The position numbers were made by a program, and so were the translations under genes. Shown in pieces: positions 23,951-38,158 of a stretch of 64,000 nt of DNA. Under the pieces are notes generated by a model. The model worked only from the letters and a program-made list of their open reading frames with translations. It did no database searches and had not been told where the DNA came from. The stretch's first letter is position 1. Each line of letters begins with the position of its first letter. The stretch spans positions 1 to 64,000 of the forward strand of contig NW_020844929.1 of assembly GCF_003704095.1 (NCBI RefSeq), read 5' to 3'. The DNA comes from Pocillopora damicornis. Taxonomy: Eukaryota.

Positions 23951-26900
23951 ATTGGCATTAGACAGCTTATAAAGTTGTGCATGTTTGCGACAAAATCAAA
24001 GCCAGTCTCTATCATGATAGCTGACAAGAAGCTAGAAAAATACCAGGCTAAAGGTTATTTCAGCTTTAAACTGACGATGGATAAGTTGATTCAACTTGGA
24101 AAAAGAACTATTCCAATTCATCAAAAAGAATCGCAAGATTAATTCTAATTAAAGGTGTTAACTGATGGTTTGAACTCTGGTTTTAAGAATAGGTGGGTAT
24201 GGAATCTTTTCAAATTTGTTGTTTTCCAGTGCGCGCCCATTTTACGTACGTAATCGCGACCTATTTAGGTTCAAACATGATTTCGAAACTTAAAAACATA
24301 TTTTTCATGAATTAGAATACTCATTGACTGAGTTTCAGTCGAGTTGGACGGGAAATTACTTGGCTCTCGGTCATGACGCACGGTCTTTGGAGCGCTTAAT
24401 CCGTATGCGGCCCTCCCATTCAGTCATTAAGTACATAATCTATTTTAATGCAATTATGGTCAATTATTGCAAAAAATAATAGTGGCCTTATAGTCTAGAC
24501 AGGCCTGTGCAATAGAAGCACGTTATCTTAACTGATGCAGGCGTAGATGTTTGAAATTATAATCTTATTATTTCATTGCACGTAGCTAATCACCCACGTA
24601 GAGAAAGTATTCATTGTGTTTTATATAATATATATAAGCAAACTCGAGAACAATGCAAAGTCTTATTGTGCTTCGGCCGAATTTGTTGGGAGATAAATAT
24701 GAGTATCGATATGTTTGAAAAGCTAAATATCCAAAGATTCTGATAGGTCATTTCGTCATTTATTTGCCTTTCTACCAAAAAAATAACAAGAAAATTCCGA
24801 ACGAGATGGTGGAATTTCACCCTAAAAACAACATATATATTACCTAAGCTAACCCCTGATAAGCTGCAGTTTGGCAGAATTTCAAATCATTACTCGAATT
24901 TGAAGAGCTCAAATTTACTGTTTAATTGCGGGCTGACGACAAACTGCGTTTTTCGTTATTAAAGTAAAATCGCGGATTTGATTGATACCACGTGTAGTCA
25001 TATTAGCAGGCCTTACCTTGATCGAGCCTAGTTAAGGATGCTCTATAAACTAATTGATTTGAGTAACCACGGGTATCTATTTCTCGGTTTGCGTGGGCTT
25101 GGAGGCACGAATATTTGGTCGTGATATTGCAAATAAATCACGACGGCACTAGTGCTTTGAGTTTGTTTCGTTTTGTACTTGGCAAGGAGAGTGTTTTTGT
25201 TGAATATTTGTTCTTGTGATACCACGTACTCTAAATTTCATTGCATCTATCTTGCAAAGCCTTCAAAAAACATGATACTCGACAGCTTTTAAGAAAGAGT
25301 CTTTTTAATTTTTTGAATCCTTAGTCTGTATATGCATCTGGGTCAGCTTCAAAAAAATTGCAGACTGATCATTTTATAGCCACGCTAACGAAGTCTTCTT
25401 CTTCAACACCTGTAAATCGTGGCCATGGTTACTGAGTGTTTTCAGACTGGAATGACGCTACCGACTCAGGCATTTGACCATTCTATAACTAATATAAATG
25501 ATTAAGACCAGTAATATAAGACTTTGGAGCATGCACATCAGCTAAAGTTGACGACGGACGAAATACTATTCATACATGGCAACTAAAAGGATTAGAAGTC
25601 TGAGTATATGATTGAAATGCACCGCCACAATCACCACATCTGCAACTTTTGTCTTTTTAAAATACATTTGTGACGACCGATTGTGTCGGTTCATATCCCT
25701 AGTTTCTACGACGTTGTAAACCTTTTCGTCAAGAAACGTCATGTTACCAATCAGTGTTGCCTCTTAGTTCAAGCCTCGAGAGGTTGGTGTTTGGCAATTA
25801 TGCCGAATCACATGATCTCAATCTATAACTAACTTCTGTGCACACCAATACATACCTATCAGAGACATGGCTCGAACTTTTCCGCGCTTTATGTTTAAAT
25901 CTGATACAAACTACGTTAAGAGTTAATGTCAATTTGTTCAATTTTTGGAGTTTTGCTCATGTTCATTGAAAAAGCGAGTCCCTCGTATAGTACTGATCCA
26001 TCGTAACTGTAACTAAACAGTTTGAATAAACTTTTAAACCTATTGACATTGTTTTTGCTCTAAACAAAGGCAAGGAAACAGAGAAAAAAGAATAAAGGGC
26101 GACAGAAGGATTATATACCGACGGGAAAGCTTTGCTAAAGAGATCAAAGAGAAGTTAGCGAAAATGACAAAGAAATAAAAGACTTAAAGTTTGATAATTA
26201 TTTTTGCATTAGTTATAAACTTATCTTATTAATCTTCGCGAGCCATCCTTTAATCCAATTGAAAGAACTTGGAATTTATAAGTTCATTTTCCTTATGATA
26301 GATTTTTCCTTTGTTAGAAGATGTGTCTATACTGCCGCTGGATCCACCGTGCGGCAAGTGAAATATGGCTAAAAGTTGGAAGAGCACAAAAGTTGAAAGA
26401 ACAAGTTGACTCGAGCGTTTGGCCGGATCTGTCAACAGGGGAGAAGTCCGGGAGAGAAGATGGTATATAATCCAGTTATGAGTCCTCGTGCAATTTAGCA
26501 CTCACTACACTGCCGGCAAATGATAGCCACACATTGCGTGATGTAAAAGGGGATTTAATCTTGTCTGATGCAATTATTGCAGCCGGCATCACCGTCAGGC
26601 TTGCGTTGCACTGGAAGATTGGATGACAATAACTATCTCTTCGTCTAGTGTTGTCGGGCGGAAAAGACAACAAGTTTATCTTGGTCCGATTGAGAGAATC
26701 TTGCTATTAACTCAACTTTTTAGAGGAGTAAGAGAAAATAACAGAGTGTTGGGGACAGAAATTACGATAATATTAGAAGAAATTACAGTAAAAGTTTGAG
26801 CAGAGACTTAGGAAAACAGTAGTGACGTTAAAGACCTGAAACACTCTTGTGTTTTCACAAAATCACAAAAACTGATCAGAAGTCATTTTGAGCAACAGCT

Positions 26901-29508
26901 TTGGATGCGAACTGACCTCAGCGGATAAACTGGAGAACTCATGTCTTAATCAACGATTTAAAATCAAACTTTATCGAAATATTAATGATAATATAAAAGA
27001 CTGGTATTAGAAGAAAAAAATTAAGGTGTCATCTGTGCTACCAGATCGACAATCTTGCATTGAGGAGAAGTTTTGAAATCCGGTAACTTAATTCTGTTTT
27101 CGTAAAACCTTTTTAACCTGATTCTGCTTTCTCGTGATGCGAAAGACATCGTCGAAACGCCTGCATGATGTTAAAAATTTTATTGTCTTTCCCGTATCCA
27201 CGAAATGACGATCGATATTAGCGAGTTAAGAGAAGCCTTTAAAGAGCCACAGTTGGAATTTATGTAAACAATGAATAAAGAAGTCACCTTGAGTTTTAAA
27301 GGAGATCGATTGAAATCGAATTTGCGATGAAAATGGTGAAACTACAGAGTTCAAGTGCACGCGTACAGTTGACTCCAACACTGCGAAACACGTCAGGATT
27401 ATCCGAACAATCGTTCAATCAATAATCTGTTTAATTTCATTTGATTTTAAACCAATTACCCTAATGAAACGAATAAAGTTTCAATCCTTGTGGACAGCTG
27501 GAAAAATGTGTGAACCGATATAAAACGATTAATTTAGGAAGACCTACGCGTGAATGGAAGAAATTGAGCGGATTGGCAATAGCTACTGATAATCGATTGT
27601 TAACTTAGCCCTTTTTTGTCTTTTTAAAATGTCTCTTGCAATTTCAAAGTGAAAAATTAGACGATAAGATTGCAAAATATTCCGTTAAGTCAAACATGAG
27701 ACTATCATTTTCGACATTGCCATCTTTATGCTTAGAAAGCGGCCGTCTTTCAGTCAAATTCCCGTTAAAACAGAACCTGCCCGGCGATGATACAACTTTA
27801 TGCCTGTTGTCAATTCCTTATGTCTAACCTCTCACGTCGTCTTGGCCCAGATATCGTCTTTCAGTTAACCAACAACAGCTTCGCCGTAACTTTTTGATTA
27901 GTGTTTGATTGAGTTCGTTAACGAGCGGCGATCTAGAAATTTTCAATTCAAGTTAATTGAAACGTTATAGGTTCCACATCGTCTAAAAACTCTGAAACGG
28001 GAGCTTTTTATTTTTAAACGTTGTTCCAAATTCTCCTTGGAGGCAATCTCGAAATACCAAATATTTACCGCAGGCTATAGCTTATGATTTTGTTTACGTA
28101 ACTGATGTCCCGCCCTGGGCTAAAATGAAACAAAACCGTCTGTGTTCAGGGTGCCGAAATAAAGCAAATTCCTAGTTTTACGTGAGGTTGAAAAATTGCT
28201 CGAATTTTCAGTAGAGGATAGAGTGAGTTTTGCTGAACAAATACTTCACAACTTCTGCAACAACCAGTTCCGTTATGAAGTGGTGTGCTTTGCAATCTCC
28301 TTAAATTCGCGGACCTCAATAACGCAAAACATAATTAACCAATTTTACTCGCAAGTTATGCAGAACGAGACACGTCTTCATAAATCAAGCAATGACTTGA
28401 CGTACTTCAAGAAGCCAATTAACGCATGTTTAAAATACCAAGAATCTAGGAAAAAAATTCAATGCATGGTCGAAACTTAACGGAGAATGTGGAAAATAAT
28501 TCCTTTTTCATCTGCGTCACTTATCTCGGGGACAATCACGGTGAACATCGTCTTTCTGGAACGAAAAGAATATAATATGTATAACTCATGCTTCCATGTT
28601 AGGCCCAAATTAGGTTATATTGTTTGGGGACTTTGGCACGTACTTGCCGAGTACTGTGTTTCTTATAACAACATGTTTTGATCTTTTGATAGCTTTCTTC
28701 TTAATTTTATCGGATTTTCGGTGGGTTTTTTCGAAGCTTGGCTTGGTTTTTCTGTCTATCTTTGAGATACACAGTCAAATAGCTTTGATTTTTCTCCACC
28801 CGGATTAGGTCCGGGAGATACTCGCACGAAGACATAATCTTCGAGAACGCGGCCAGGAAACTATACTAAAGTCCATGGCATTTTGTTTCCGATAATCCCT
28901 TTTCAAGCAAAGTGACCGTTATAAGGCGATCAAATGCTTTAAGAATCGGTCACCTTTATACCATCAGGGGAACACTTTGCCTTTGGGCGAAAGTTCGGTA
29001 AGAACTCGGTTAGAGGCAAGAATTTTGAAAAAATGTCATGCAGCAGCTGGTTAGCGAATGTGGAAGGAATCTCAGTCATGCTCACGATTATGTTTTACAA
29101 GTCATCTGTCAAGACTAAACAGTTGTTTACAAGCCTGATCTACCAGGTACTTCGATACTGATCGTAATAGATCTTAGATCCCTGTTGAATGATCATCACG
29201 TACAATGTTAGAAAATCGTGTATGTTGTACAGACTGCGTGTTAATCCTTCCCCGCCACCGTGAACACGACATAAAGAAAACCATTGTCTGATTTCTTCCT
29301 TTTGAGTGTTTGGGAAAGTTTGGACCAATCTTTTGATCGAGCTCAGATAACGCACAGAAACCGACATTTTTCATTACATAATCCTCATCTCCGTGTGGTG
29401 CAAAGGTTAAGAGTAAGGCTGTCTAGCTAGTTGAAAAACACACCGTTGATTATCCGGATTAATGTTAGAACTAAGGCGTACTTCACATACTTTACGAAGG
29501 CGAGCGCA

Positions 29509-29515
29509 TATAAAA
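29509..29515 (+). promoter_or_regulatory. TATA box of the sFRP gene
   Basis: gcgca-TATAAAA-g with a GC-rich 5' flank, ~80 bp before the ATG. Confidence 0.6.
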
Positions 29516-29594
29516 GCAATCAAACAATTTAGGGAAGTGCATAGTTTTTTTAAGTCGTGAATTTTCATCTCTCGTCCACGAAAAAAATTTTTTC

Positions 29595-32500
29595 ATGTAT
29601 TCTGTACGGCTTTTGGGTCTACTCGCAATGGGCCTCTTCGCAGCCGACGGATTTCGGTTCAGTTTTCAGCCGAAGTGCGGCAAAATTACTAATCCATTAT
29701 GCAGCCGTGTACTCCCGTACAACTTAACGCGTTTTCCAAACATATTTGGTCATCAAAGCGAATTTATAGCCAACAGAGCCATTCAGCTATTTAGCCCTCT
29801 GGTGAAGCAAGCGAACTGCTCCAAACACGCCGAGTTTTTCCTTTGCTCCTTCTATCTGCCGATATGCTTGCCAGGAATCGAAGAAGAGAACGTAATAAGG
29901 CCCTGCCGTTCCTTGTGCGAGCGAATCAAGGCGGACTGTTCAGCCGTAATACAGTACTGGCCGAGCTTTGTGAAATGCGAAGAACTACCTCAGTTCAAAG
30001 ATAGTGTGTGTATTCAGCCGGAATCTTTCATTGCTGAGCCAAAACCAACAAGTAAGTGATTATGAGATTCGTTTTGTATTTCAAGCGCGGTTTATAGCCT
30101 TTCAGTAAGGGCCAATTTGTGGCTTTGATATCAGAGATAACAAATTACGTTGAAGAGCATTAGCGCGCAAGTTACCCGCTAGGTAGACTTAAATGATGCT
30201 CTCTCCATTTCTCCGCAAGAAAACAGGTCGAAGAGTTGTGATAAAGCACTTTAAGATCTTAAAAGCTGTCTTACAGAGGCTGCTTGCGATGGCTGCTGAT
30301 CGTAAGACAGATATTTTCAACAAGACAGCTTCCTGAAATAATGAAGAAATGCGAAGTTACTGGTGTGTACTAGCGACGTGGCCGAGAGTGAATTTTTGCC
30401 GAAGAATCGACTATCATCATTTTCAAGACCTATTTGTCGTAATTTTGAGGGAAATTAACACTAAGGTAACGATGATAAAACAATTTTCATGGCACTTAGC
30501 AGGAAAATTTGAACTAAAAGTTATTTTCGTCGGTTTTCATGATCGTGAAGACATTTTGTGTGAAGTCGGTTAACGGGTGAAGAGTGGGTGTAAACAACAC
30601 AGCGGTGAGCGATACCACTATTTCATAGAGTCAAAGTGTGCTACCATTCTTTTTCCTGAAGCTCGAGTGTTTATTTGGAATCAGTGAACAAAAGCAATAG
30701 CTCTCGTACATCTTACACTGGGATTGAAATGATTCATCGTTTCTAATTTTTGGAAAATTAAACTCTTCTTCATTTATTATTCGTAAAGAAAACAAAGTTT
30801 CTCTTGATCATTCTCTCGCGAGAACAACTTCAAAAGATCACGTCGAAAATCTGACTCAAAACTCCATTGAAAATCTCAGGGACAAATGTTTTAATTTCCA
30901 TTACTGAGATAAGCGCTATCAGATACGATAAGATGAGATCCTTCAGCAAGTATCTTTGAAATTTAAAACAGGAGATTTCAATGTGTGCGTCTGCTCATTA
31001 AGAGGCCTGAGACACCCACTTCATTACAAGATTTATCCCACGGATGTTGGCAAATTGATTGGTGGTACTTAATGAATGAATACGCTGAAATAATTTCCTG
31101 AATGTACAGCCCACCTTGCGAATTTCTTATCCGGCTCATCCGGAATGTTTGTTTCGGATTTACGTTCATATGTTGTCGGAACTCTTCTGAAAGTGTCAAT
31201 TTTTCAACATTCTCCCGATAAAATTTTTCATTTGTCAGTGATTGATAGTGTTGTGTAAGATAGATACAATAACCACAGATGATTATTAAGATATCATTGA
31301 TAGAGACGGCGGCCATTATGACCTCATTGTCGCTTACTTTTCACGCAATGATCATGTGGGGATCAAATAGGGTCAATTATAACAAAGTGAATAAAACAAA
31401 CAAAGCATGACAAAAAACACAAACTCGAACAGACCAAAAAACAGTGTTTTAGGGTTAAGGTAAAGTTAAAGCATTTTCAATTTGGCCAAACGTTTTATAT
31501 AAACGTCAATTTTGTAGACAGTGTCAAGAAGGCTTATACCTAACACCTGAAAACAAGAAGGAAAAAAATTACCCTTGAACGTATCACCCATAAAACTGAA
31601 AACTCGAGGTCCGTGGATTTTCTAAAACGGCACGTTACTTCAGACGTCGTTTAAATCATTATCCCAAAACCTGAATGCATTTATTCGATTATTAGGCTGT
31701 TTCTTTTAAGATATGATTCGTGCAATTGCCGATATGTCACATCACAGACCCTCGGAAAGACGATATCCGTGACAGGACATACACGAGTCAAAGCTTATGT
31801 GACGTTGGAAAAAGTCAAAGGAACACTGTCATCCGTGCATGATACCCTTGAAGCTCGCTTACAAATAAAAATCAAGCTTCACACACGGAGAAAACCGCAA
31901 GAACTATGAACGGATGATCGGCAGGGCGGATGTCGTTTGTTGTGGGTGGATCAAAGCAACAGTGTACATACTAACTAACAACTTTTTTTGTTTTTACATC
32001 AATTTTTAAGACATCCGTTTTTTTTTTATCCAATTTCAGAGATCGTTAATGTCGCTCCGTGCGAGAGTAGACCTCCAGCTGATTACAGGTTTTATGCCAG
32101 CGGCCAGTATGATTATGGTAAGAATGTACATATGCTTGAAACTGAAAAAAAGTGTTTTTTTTTATCAAGCAAAGCGAAACCTTCAGGTTAGGTGACTAAA
32201 ACAGCTAAATACCACGATTAGTTTTCCCTGTTAAATATAGAAAAACAAGATCTAATTCAGCTTTTTCGACTGAAAATGACAATTCACCCTTCCAGTGGAT
32301 TTCAATGATGAAGAAAAAGCCGCCATTGTAACATATGTGTACTTATCACGGTTAACTTCATCGGCAATAGCGATCCCAATGCAATTGTAGGGAATAGCCA
32401 TGAAGTAGATTTTTAAAGCTGTTGGACTCTCTTGAAAACTCTGATCTTAAAATTATCTTATATAAATTAAAGGTTCACAGGCTTCCACATCAATGATCTC

Positions 32501-33438
32501 TGTTGTAATCTTTCAGCCATGAAATTCAAGGTAATTTTGATTGAAAAACGTGAAAACCAAGAGACGATATTCCATGGGAAAGCCGCCAAAGTTTATAAAC
32601 AAGGTTATGTTCCAATCCACAAAGGGCGTGTGGAGATCTGGAGTTATACCAATTCGACGTGCCCCTCTCTTAGGGCAGGGCGGGCATTCCTGATCAGTGG
32701 ACACGAGGATGTTCTCAGAAAAAAACTACTCCTGTCGTCCACTAGCTTGATAGAAGCCTGGAGCGGAGAGACAATGCGCAAAGTGAGAAAGTGGCTCAGA
32801 ATTGAGAGCAAACTTGCCATGCAAAAAAATAGAAACAGGTAAGTTTAGCACTTGATTGTTTTGACTTAACACCAATTGTAGATAGACCAGTGGATAGACA
32901 GGTAGATAGACCAGTTCTCTGCCCGACTGCACCAGCAACAATAATAACAAACAAAAACCAACTTACGAAAAGACAATAACACAAGATAATTAAATGGTAA
33001 CAACATGAAACATGGCAAGAGATTATGAACAGTTTATAATGTCTTTAACATGCCTAAATTGAATTGTACATTATATAGTTTAGATACATTTGCCAACTTT
33101 CCCGTTTGCAGCTTCAGGCGATAATTTTGTAGCGTAAATATCTCAATTTCTAAATAAGTCTATTTCTCTTGAGCACCGACAGCCAATACCTTTAGGTTGA
33201 AATTGATTGACGCATATAAATCAAACATACAAACTGTAACTAACAAGAAACAGGCCCGCAGAAAGCTTGTCTGTTATTTAAATGAGTTACTTTTTAGCAC
33301 CAGTTTTGTGTTGCATATAATATAAAATTCAGGGGACATGACATGAAATCATTGTCATGAGCATCACATTCCTAAGACATGCGTTTCCTTTTTTTCTCTT
33401 ACAGTGTGCCAAACAAAGAGATTCGAGAAAAACTGTGA
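29595..33438 (+). CDS. Secreted frizzled-related protein (signal peptide + Frizzled CRD + netrin/NTR domain); 4 exons, 296 aa
   Basis: Exons 29595-30051, 32040-32117, 32517-32838 and 33405-33438 (891 nt, phase-consistent). The CRD has 10 Cys (PYNLTRFPN, FFLCSFYLPIC, PCRSLCE); NTR-like YDYAMKFKV...TCPSLRAGRAFLISGHED...IEAWS; no TM segments. Confidence 0.9.
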
Positions 33439-36400
33439 ATTTGCAGAACTCGTCAAGAAGAGGATCAAAGATGTATTCAGTCTTAGATGTAAACATAAGA
33501 ACGTACTATTTAAACTAACTTAAACCAAGAGAGGATCCTTTCTAGCTTAACCAAATAGTTGAAAGGTAAACTCAACTAGTAGCATATTTTTAGAGGTAAA
33601 TTGAAAAAAAAATAGTTTAGCTAAGAGGCAAAATCCTTCATTGCCTTTCCTTTTTCGCCATTTATTCAGTTGTAAGTCATGGCTAAAGCTCAACCATCTT
33701 CGGTCTCTGAAGTCTTATTTCTTGGGAGCTGATAATTAAAATTGCAGCTTTATAACAATAACAGTCAATGGTGCATTTTCAAAGAGAGGAAGGGAGGAGG
33801 GTGGGGGAGGGGTCCACGTGTTACGAATTTCTGCACCCTTTATGTGAAGTACTTTCGACGGGCGCTTATTCCCGCTTTTTTTGCAAACCTTCATAGTTAA
33901 TAAGTGGCTGCAAATATATGAAAATCATATATATATATATGTGAACTGCGGTTGAAGAGAGGAATGTGGATAGTTAGTTGACTAAACGAAACAATTTTCT
34001 CGCAAGATTCACCCTTTATTTCCTGTTCTTAAGCCGACTTTTCTATGCTGCGAATTCATTCTGCATTTTTCTTCGATCAGAGTTCTGCATTTTCATTCAT
34101 AAGGCGAGCAGCATTCATGATGCGAATTCCTCGGTGTTACCGCTCAGCCATCTCAAGTTCGTCCTAAGGTACAACTTAAGAGTTACTCCAAGAAAGCGAG
34201 ACGAGGAAGCACGAGGTTCCGTTTGTTTGTCAGTTTGATTAATTAACATTAGATTTATGAGGCGAGAATTCGACTGGCCTGTACTAGGCTCTCAGTGAGT
34301 TGAAAGGGGCGAAAAAGTGGGCGCGGGAGACATGACGCTTGCGATTGAAGCGAGCCTCCTTCATAGCTCTTGGCATGTCCCAGAGGTCTGTTCGGGCGAG
34401 CATTGCAAAACGTCCCAAAGAACAGCCGCGATGGAGGCTAGAAATAAGGAGAGTGTGGCTAAAAACGGCAGGAAAACGAGACGACTCTGTCTTTTCCCAG
34501 ACAAAAGAAATAACCGGGTCCTCTTGATTGCTTGCTTGACAGTTTAGCACAGCTTCGAATTCGACTAGGCATGATACAGAATTTTTTGTTCAAGCATTTT
34601 TAATTTTGGTGTACTCCTGAAGTTGTCCCTGATCAAATTCATAAGCTGACGAAGCAGCTGACTGGGTGATTCCCTGTCTGTGGTCAAATGTTTATGCGCG
34701 CGCGTCGGTAAAAGAGGTTGGAGACATTATATTATTTTGCTGTTTATATAAACTTGGTTACTGTTGCCTTCAACCCAAATTGACTGCTAAAAAAAACCAA
34801 ATTTCAAAAACCTGTCTGGGAATGGGTTCCTTTTTCATTTAGAAGAAAAAAAACCCAATCGGTTATCTGAGATCATCACTCAGTTAATCACAACAGATCC
34901 AGGCATTACTTGATTAAATGCTTAACCATTACTGGGAAAATAAAATTTACAAAAAGTGATCATGAAAGATAAGTACATTGGTCTTCCTGTTTATAAAGCT
35001 TTCAAAGACTTCCTCACTTTGCTCCGAAATAATAATGATACTAATTATATAAAATTATTTCGCTTCTACTGCGCTCTCTACGCATCTGGGATAAGTTTAA
35101 ACAAGGAAGTTCTTGTAACTCGGAAGTTGAAGTTTTATCAAAGAACACCGTCATGGAATTGCATCCTATGAAGTCATCTTTTAGTTGCAGAGATCTAGGC
35201 TCGTGTCTTAAAGGGTGAAGTGTCAGAGCTCCAAATAGGACAATCTCTAAAATTGTGAGATTAAATATTGCTTCTATACCTTGAAGCTGCAAAGGAAATT
35301 CAAACCAACAACTAGATTAGCGCACTGTATTTGGTAATCTTGCCAAGTTCGTTATAGTCCGGGTATTGTGTATTTATATAACAATTTAAGACCGCCATAA
35401 TTGTCGTGATTTAAAGACTTGCATTGAGCGTGACAAATAGTTTATACGTGACGCGTGAACTTCTCAGAAAGGTTAATCTATGAACCAGCATGGGGCGTAA
35501 TAAGTTATCCCCTATACGTGACCCGTGAATTTTTCTTTCGTTCCTTAAGAAGGAGAAATATTTCGTAACGTTTTCCTTTTACATATATGACGCGTGAATT
35601 GTCTAAAAAATTTGTACATGAAACGGGATCAGGCTCCCCCATTCCTCTCCTTTACTACCCTAGTGGCTTGAAGTTCTCAACCCTTTGTCTTTGAAGACAG
35701 CGTTACTTCCTGTGATATAACTGCGGTCGCCGTATTGGATTAACTTGCGCAGTTGGTGGATTTATTGATTACTTTAAAGCGTAATTGCCAGCCACGCAAG
35801 CAGAATTGGATAACTTGGGTCCTGGCTGTTAGTATCTTTGCTTGAAACGACTTCTTCAAATCCCACATCTGAGCGTTTAGGACCTGAACCAGTGGCTAGG
35901 GGCAATATCGTGAGGCAGCATCGTTAAGCTCAATTGGACAAGTGCAATTCTTGATTACGACATCCCAGTTTTTATTTCTATGAAATATATGGTTGCCTTC
36001 ATCAAATTAAATAATTCTGTGATTCAATTTGCGATATATACCAAGGATTAAGCTCCTGATAGAATCGGAAACTATTCTTATGCCTCAGTTAATTGGATAC
36101 TTATCTATAGATGTTACCGACAAATGGATAAATTAAGAACGCACAACCCAGATTAACGATCATCTATGGCATATTTTACCCGGTCCAATATTCACCACAA
36201 AACCTTACTAGGCCAATATCCATCCGTGATGTTGACCTCACGGTTAATCAGTTAAGGATGAAATATTTGGCTGAAAAAAAAAAATCTATTAGAAAGAACT
36301 TTGTTTCGTTGCAAGTTTACGGGTCTCATATTCCTATCCTAATTTTCTACGACATATGGCGTTTGAATGATAATTATTACAACACTTAAGTTGCTTCATA

Positions 36401-37507
36401 AATCGCGGTTGTATACAAGGAGAAGCTCTTCCACTGCTTATCAAGATTTGCATGAAACAGTAGGATTCATGAACAGCTGAAAAACATTGTAATGTTGCCA
36501 TTTGAAGAGCCTCACAGGAGAGATGTTTTGAATTATAACTTTTTTTAGTTAAAAAAGTAACTTCCCACGTATTTAAGCAATAAACAAATGGACTTCCCTG
36601 CAGCTTTCACAATGACTTTTTTGTTCATTGTTTTGATTCACTTTGTGAGTGGAAAGGAAGTTGTAACATTCTGTGTGAGCGAAAGACTCTTTTCATACCT
36701 CTTTAAGTAAGCTTTGGCTCAAAGTGATGAACGATTTCAATTGTTCATCGCATTCAACTCGACAAGTAATAAAGCAACTGATGTAGTAAATATACCACAG
36801 CGGAATTGCGTAGACTCAGTGAAAATTCATCTTATCTGATCATCTCTAAATCCATGTCTTCCTCAGCCACAAACGTCAATTTTGCTCTGCAAGTTAATTT
36901 GTGAAAGACGCAATTCGATGAGTTTGTTTGACCAGGCCTTTTTCCTTTCTGCACAGGAAAGCTGGCGTGAAATCGCATGCAAATTTCAGGGCAAACATGA
37001 TTTCTAATCATCAACAAAAGATCACAGAACGCTTAAACCAAATCATACAGGAACTTGTTTCGTGATTATAGTTACTTGTAAATCAATGGCAATCAGTTTA
37101 AAGGTATGATATGACATTTAATGAACGTGTGGGGAAAAAATGCAAAAACTTTTTCCGGAAAAGAGAAACATTTTCGTACATTTAGGTACACATGTTCTAA
37201 CGGCAAAAATCACAATACTAACGTAATTGTGTGTCAGATAAACATTACACGCTTAGGTCGGAAAAGCAAAATTTCATTCACGCAAAGTATGCCTCAAAAC
37301 GGGTCATTTAATCATCTAAGGTAGTTCTTAATGTACTTTAACAGGACAATAAAGTGTCGCCACAAAAGCGGATTTTATATCGCGAGCAGAGAAAATTTCC
37401 ATATAAGAGAAAAAAAAAAGAAACAGCTGTTGGCACTTACACCAACATACCCAAAGCTTTCATCGTAGTTCTTTGGTTTACCACATACTCTTTAAAACTA
37501 TTATCTG

Positions 37508-38158
37508 TCAATTCGTACCACTGTTACATCTTTTAAGCCATTTTTCAATTCTATGAATATTCCTCTGGTCCTTGTTGAGTTCTTCAGTCGAACACGTTCG
37601 CGATGAAGCGAGGGCATAATTCAAATTCATCTGAGTCAGATGCCACTGCCTGTCCCCTTCGCGGTCACAATATTGTATATTTTCATCTGATGCACTTCGT
37701 GGGACAATTCCAGATCCATTTTCCGAAAAATCCGCAGAACAGTTCAATAAATCCCTACTTACTGATATACCGACTGCAGTTGATAGATCACAGCAACCGT
37801 CCAATTCGGAATAAAGATCTGCGCTTGTATCAGCCAGAACCATGTGAATATAATCCATTGTTTTGTACCGGCGAGCCATATTAGTGATTCGATATCTCGA
37901 CCAGGCTTTTAAAAACTCTGGGCAATCATCGTACCAGATTTCTTTTTCGAGGTCGCATGGAAGACTCCGCCATCTTGGTATCCATACAGTATGATCACTT
38001 CTTTGGCTCGTTGTTAGAAACGAAATGCAAGAAAATCTATCAGTTGCCAATGAAGTCCTTGATTGTAGCTTCTTTTCGCGAAATTTCGTCGGATAGCTCG
38101 ACATATCTGGAGTGATAATTACCGGAGGAGACAAAGGCAACTCGTTTTCTGTCTCCAT
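37508..38158 (-). CDS. Orphan single-exon protein, 216 aa, ending in an IxxWL helix
   Basis: 651-nt ORF in AT-rich DNA with a good start context (acaATGg); Ser/Arg/Asp-rich; C-terminus NIHRIEKWLKRC. No recognisable domain. Confidence 0.7.
   Translation of the reverse strand: METENELPLSPPVIITPDMSSYPTKFREKKLQSRTSLATDRFSCISFLTTSQRSDHTVWIPRWRSLPCDLEKEIWYDDCPEFLKAWSRYRITNMARRYKTMDYIHMVLADTSADLYSELDGCCDLSTAVGISVSRDLLNCSADFSENGSGIVPRSASDENIQYCDREGDRQWHLTQMNLNYALASSRTCSTEELNKDQRNIHRIEKWLKRCNSGTN

Noticed and set aside
34266-34566. GC-richer block with overlapping short ORFs, flanked by a direct repeat gaattcgact
   Set aside because: No recognisable protein or clear TIRs; probably a repeat remnant, but this cannot be supported from the sequence.
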